From contig OZ252279.1 of NCBI GenBank assembly GCA_965250005.1, positions 270,001 through 302,000 on the forward strand: 32,000 nucleotides of DNA, in the 5' to 3' direction. The notes under the pieces were generated by a model, which was given only the letters and a program-made list of their open reading frames with translations, searched no databases and was not told the origin of the DNA. Each line of letters opens with the position of its first letter. The first letter of the stretch is position 1. The translations under genes were made by a program, and so were the position numbers. Origin of the DNA: Demequinaceae bacterium. GTDB taxonomy: Bacteria; Actinomycetota; Actinomycetes; Actinomycetales; Demequinaceae. Shown here in pieces: positions 29,264 through 32,000 of this stretch.

Positions 29264-30532
29264 ATGGTGACCTCGACAGGACGTTTGCGACGGCAGCAGG
29301 AGGTAGTCGCCAACAGCGAATCCGAATACTCTCGTGTGGTCGAAGCATCTCTCCTCTCGCTAGAACAAGAGCCGCTAGTTCGCGCCGAGGCGCCAGAAAA
29401 CTCGAGCTATCAAGTCATCGACCTGTTCTGCGGCGCTGGAGGAATGTCGGCGGGCTTTGCAGCCGTTGGTGCGGTAACCGGGAAATTTCGAGTGGTCGTC
29501 GGTGTCGATGTCGACCCTCACTCAGCTGCTTCGTACAGAGAGAATATCGGAGCACCTGCCCTGGTCGCGGACTTGCGCGAGTGGGCGTCTGATCCCTCGT
29601 CGATGGCCGAAGCCCTTGCAGGTGTCGAGGGCTACACACGCGGGGCTCCAACCGTGCTAATCGGATGCGCGCCCTGTCAGGGCTACTCTGCGCATCGAAA
29701 GAAGGACCGTGGTCCCGAAGATGGCAGGAACAGTTTGGTTGCGGACTTCGCCGATATTGCCGCCACTCTTCGACCGGACGTCGTTGTTATGGAGAATGTG
29801 CCCGAATTGCTGGCGAGCCGCTACCGTTCGAATTTCGAGTACTTCGTCGAAGTGCTTGAAGGGGTAGGCTACAGAATCGATGCTGCGATCGAGAACGCGG
29901 CTGGCTACGGCGTTCCGCAGGCGCGCAAACGTGCACTGGTCGTCGCATCGCTCTCTTCACACGAGTTGACGCCGCCACCGTGGCTTTCCAAGAAGGAGTT
30001 TCGGACCGTGCGCAACGCGATTTCGGGCCTTGCCCCTGTTGCGGCGGGTGTTGCTTCTGAGGGTGACTCAATGCACAGAAGCGCGGCGCACCGTGACTCG
30101 ACCCTTGATGTAATCCGGCAGGTGCCGCCGGACGGCGGGAGTCGACCGCACGGAGTAGGTCCCGAGTGCCTCGACAGGGTCGCAGGGTTCTATGACGTAT
30201 ACGGGCGGTTGGCATGGGATCGGCCAGCGATCACGATTACGCACTACGCCCGGAATCCTGCGAGCGGGAGGTATGTACACCCCGAGCAAGACCGAGGATT
30301 AACTGCGCGCGAAGCCGCACGTTTGCAGGGATTCCCCGATTGGTATGTGTTTCGCGGAGGCTTCGACGATGTGTTTCGCCAGATCGGCGAGGCTGTTCCT
30401 CCCGCGGTAGGGATCGCGGTCGGCGCAAGCATATTGGCGCGATTCTCCTGGGATTTCGATGCCGAGATTGATGAGCTTGATGTGCAACGGCGCGGGCCGA
30501 GTTGCACGGTGACGAAGCGCGCGCCGCTGTGA
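29264..30532 (+). CDS. DNA (cytosine-5-)-methyltransferase 1
   Basis: Motif I VIDLFCGAGGMSAGF, motif IV IGCAPCQGYSAHRKK, motif VI VVMENVPEL, motif VIII VPQARKRALVVA, motif IX LTAREAARLQGFPDWYVF, motif X QIGEAVPPAVG. Start uncertain; ATG 29264 preferred over upstream candidates. Confidence 0.9.
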   Translation: MVTSTGRLRRQQEVVANSESEYSRVVEASLLSLEQEPLVRAEAPENSSYQVIDLFCGAGGMSAGFAAVGAVTGKFRVVVGVDVDPHSAASYRENIGAPALVADLREWASDPSSMAEALAGVEGYTRGAPTVLIGCAPCQGYSAHRKKDRGPEDGRNSLVADFADIAATLRPDVVVMENVPELLASRYRSNFEYFVEVLEGVGYRIDAAIENAAGYGVPQARKRALVVASLSSHELTPPPWLSKKEFRTVRNAISGLAPVAAGVASEGDSMHRSAAHRDSTLDVIRQVPPDGGSRPHGVGPECLDRVAGFYDVYGRLAWDRPAITITHYARNPASGRYVHPEQDRGLTAREAARLQGFPDWYVFRGGFDDVFRQIGEAVPPAVGIAVGASILARFSWDFDAEIDELDVQRRGPSCTVTKRAPL

Positions 30533-31602
30533 CCTGGAGTTGTGTTGACGCGTTCTCGGGAGCGGGGGGCCTTGCGCTCGGCCTCGAAGGAGTCGGGTTC
30601 AGAATCCTGTATTCATTCGACAAGGATGAAACGTGCATCGAGACGATCCGCGCGAATATAGAACTGAATGAGCGCTCGGCCGCGGCCGTAGGAATCGAAG
30701 ACTTGCTCGGTGGCGAATTGCTGCGACGCCTCGGATTGGAACCGGGTGAGCTTGATTTGCTCGCTGGCGGCCCGCCATGCCAAGGCTTCAGCACGCAACG
30801 TGGCGGCGAAGATGAGGATCTCCGGAATGCGCTAGTGACGGACTATGGCCAGCTTGTTGTCGAGGTGCGGCCGAGAGTCGTGCTGATGGAGAATGTGCCC
30901 GGGCTCGGAGGCCGCAGAGGGAGCGCAATCCTTGCAGCGTTGCGAGCGACCCTGGAGGACGCGGGTTACAGACTTCAAGAGACCGTACTCGATGCTCAAG
31001 ATTTCGGAGTGCCGCAACGTCGGCGCCGGATCTTCCTCGTGGGGTTTCGCGAGGACCTTGACGTCGCACTCGGTTTCAAGTGGCCCGTGCCGCTCCGCGA
31101 GCGCAAGACTGTCCGCGAGGCGATTGGCCACCTTCCACCTCCCCCTGACGGCGGCCGGCCGCACCCGTCGATTCCGAATCACCGGGCGGACAATCTTTCT
31201 GACCTGAACAAAGCTCGGCTAAGGGCACTTGGAGAGGGCCAGTCGCGAGTTGATCTACCCGAACACTTGCTCGCGGCATGTCACCTCAGATCCGCAGATC
31301 TGATTGGGCACAGAAACGTCTACGGCAGGATGGAATGGGACTCCGTTAGCCCCACGATCACCGCCAGGTTCGATTCGTTCACTCGCGGGAAATTCGGGCA
31401 CCCTGACCAGCTCAGAACGGTGTCTCTTAGGGAAGGCGCGCTCCTCCAGGGATTTCCGGAGGATTTTGTATTCGTCGGTACCAAAGTAGAAGTCGCGCGG
31501 CAGATCGGAAATGCGGTTCCTCCACCCCTCGCACGCGCAGTGGGATCGTCAATTGCCGCGAGTCTCGCTTCCATTCGCCAGCCAGCGACGTCGGGTTCTT
31601 GA
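30529..31602 (+). CDS. DNA (cytosine-5-)-methyltransferase 2
   Basis: Motif I CVDAFSGAGGLALGLEG, motif IV GGPPCQGFSTQ, motif VI VLMENVPGL, motif VIII VPQRRRRIFLVG, motif X QIGNAVPPPLA; GTG at 30529 overlaps preceding stop (GTGA). Confidence 0.92.
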   Translation: MTWSCVDAFSGAGGLALGLEGVGFRILYSFDKDETCIETIRANIELNERSAAAVGIEDLLGGELLRRLGLEPGELDLLAGGPPCQGFSTQRGGEDEDLRNALVTDYGQLVVEVRPRVVLMENVPGLGGRRGSAILAALRATLEDAGYRLQETVLDAQDFGVPQRRRRIFLVGFREDLDVALGFKWPVPLRERKTVREAIGHLPPPPDGGRPHPSIPNHRADNLSDLNKARLRALGEGQSRVDLPEHLLAACHLRSADLIGHRNVYGRMEWDSVSPTITARFDSFTRGKFGHPDQLRTVSLREGALLQGFPEDFVFVGTKVEVARQIGNAVPPPLARAVGSSIAASLASIRQPATSGS

Positions 31603-32000
31603 TGCGGGACCTGTCGCTGAGAGACGATGTGGGAGAGTATTTCGCCGGGTTCTCAAAAATTCTTGCGGGACTCAACGGCGGCGCAGCTACCGAAATGGCG
31701 TCGCGTCCCATTGCGCACAAACTGGTCGAGAGCCTCATTAACTCTTCAAACGCGCGCGCAACTGCAAGGCACGAGACTGCTGGAGCAGCGGGCCGCCCAG
31801 ATTGGACCGTTGAGGACGTGGACGACTTTGGCGTCTACACACTAATTGATCACAAGTCACTGAACCCCAATGGCCGGTATGCGCTAAAGGCAAGAGAGCA
31901 CGAGCAAATCTCGGGCTACCTTGAACTGGGCGTGCCGGTGGTCGTATTTGACGGAGTTTCCTTCGACGTCTACGGGACTGACGCGGGACGGCTGGTGGTG
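31602..32000 (+). CDS. truncated ORF (runs off window): possible PD-(D/E)XK nuclease-domain protein coupled to the methyltransferases
   Basis: Hand-translated, not in the supplied track: ATG at 31602 overlapping the methyltransferase 2 stop (TGATG), open for 133 codons to the window end: MRDLSLRDDVGEYFAGFSKILAGLNGGAATEMASRPIAHKLVESLINSSNARATARHETAGAAGRPDWTVEDVDDFGVYTLIDHKSLNPNGRYALKAREHEQISGYLELGVPVVVFDGVSFDVYGTDAGRLVV. Confidence 0.7.
   Translation, partial: MRDLSLRDDVGEYFAGFSKILAGLNGGAATEMASRPIAHKLVESLINSSNARATARHETAGAAGRPDWTVEDVDDFGVYTLIDHKSLNPNGRYALKAREHEQISGYLELGVPVVVFDGVSFDVYGTDAGRLVV

Overview
This 32 kb window is high-GC actinobacterial chromosome (gene order and protein sequence resemble Micrococcales-type genomes; inference). 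The housekeeping backbone on the + strand is: partial GNAT acetyltransferase, dnaE, hisD, hisC, hisB, hypothetical, hisH, priA/hisA, SseB-like; then infC, rpmI, rplT, SpoU/TrmH-type RNA methyltransferase; then pheS, pheT. Three accessory blocks are inserted: (1) a minus-strand array, 11341-16572, fused behind a DUF1844 gene. It holds three trypsin-like (S1-fold) lipoprotein proteases with intact H-D-S residues and five small single-pass membrane coiled-coil proteins. All five carry a two-cysteine C-terminal signature with spacing of exactly 32 (A, C, E) or 29 (B, D) residues, so the block reads as a repeated [x29 - x32 - protease] module whose first copy lacks the x29 gene. (2) Three tandem membrane CACHE-like/GGDEF diguanylate cyclase genes between the rRNA methyltransferase gene and pheS. 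(3) Two overlapping C5-cytosine DNA methyltransferase genes after pheT, coupled to a truncated ORF (absent from the supplied ORF track) with a GRPD...IDHK PD-(D/E)XK-like pattern, probably the edge of a restriction/defence locus. Block 1 is my leading candidate for an undescribed system. No tRNA, rRNA, CRISPR array or transposase was recognised.
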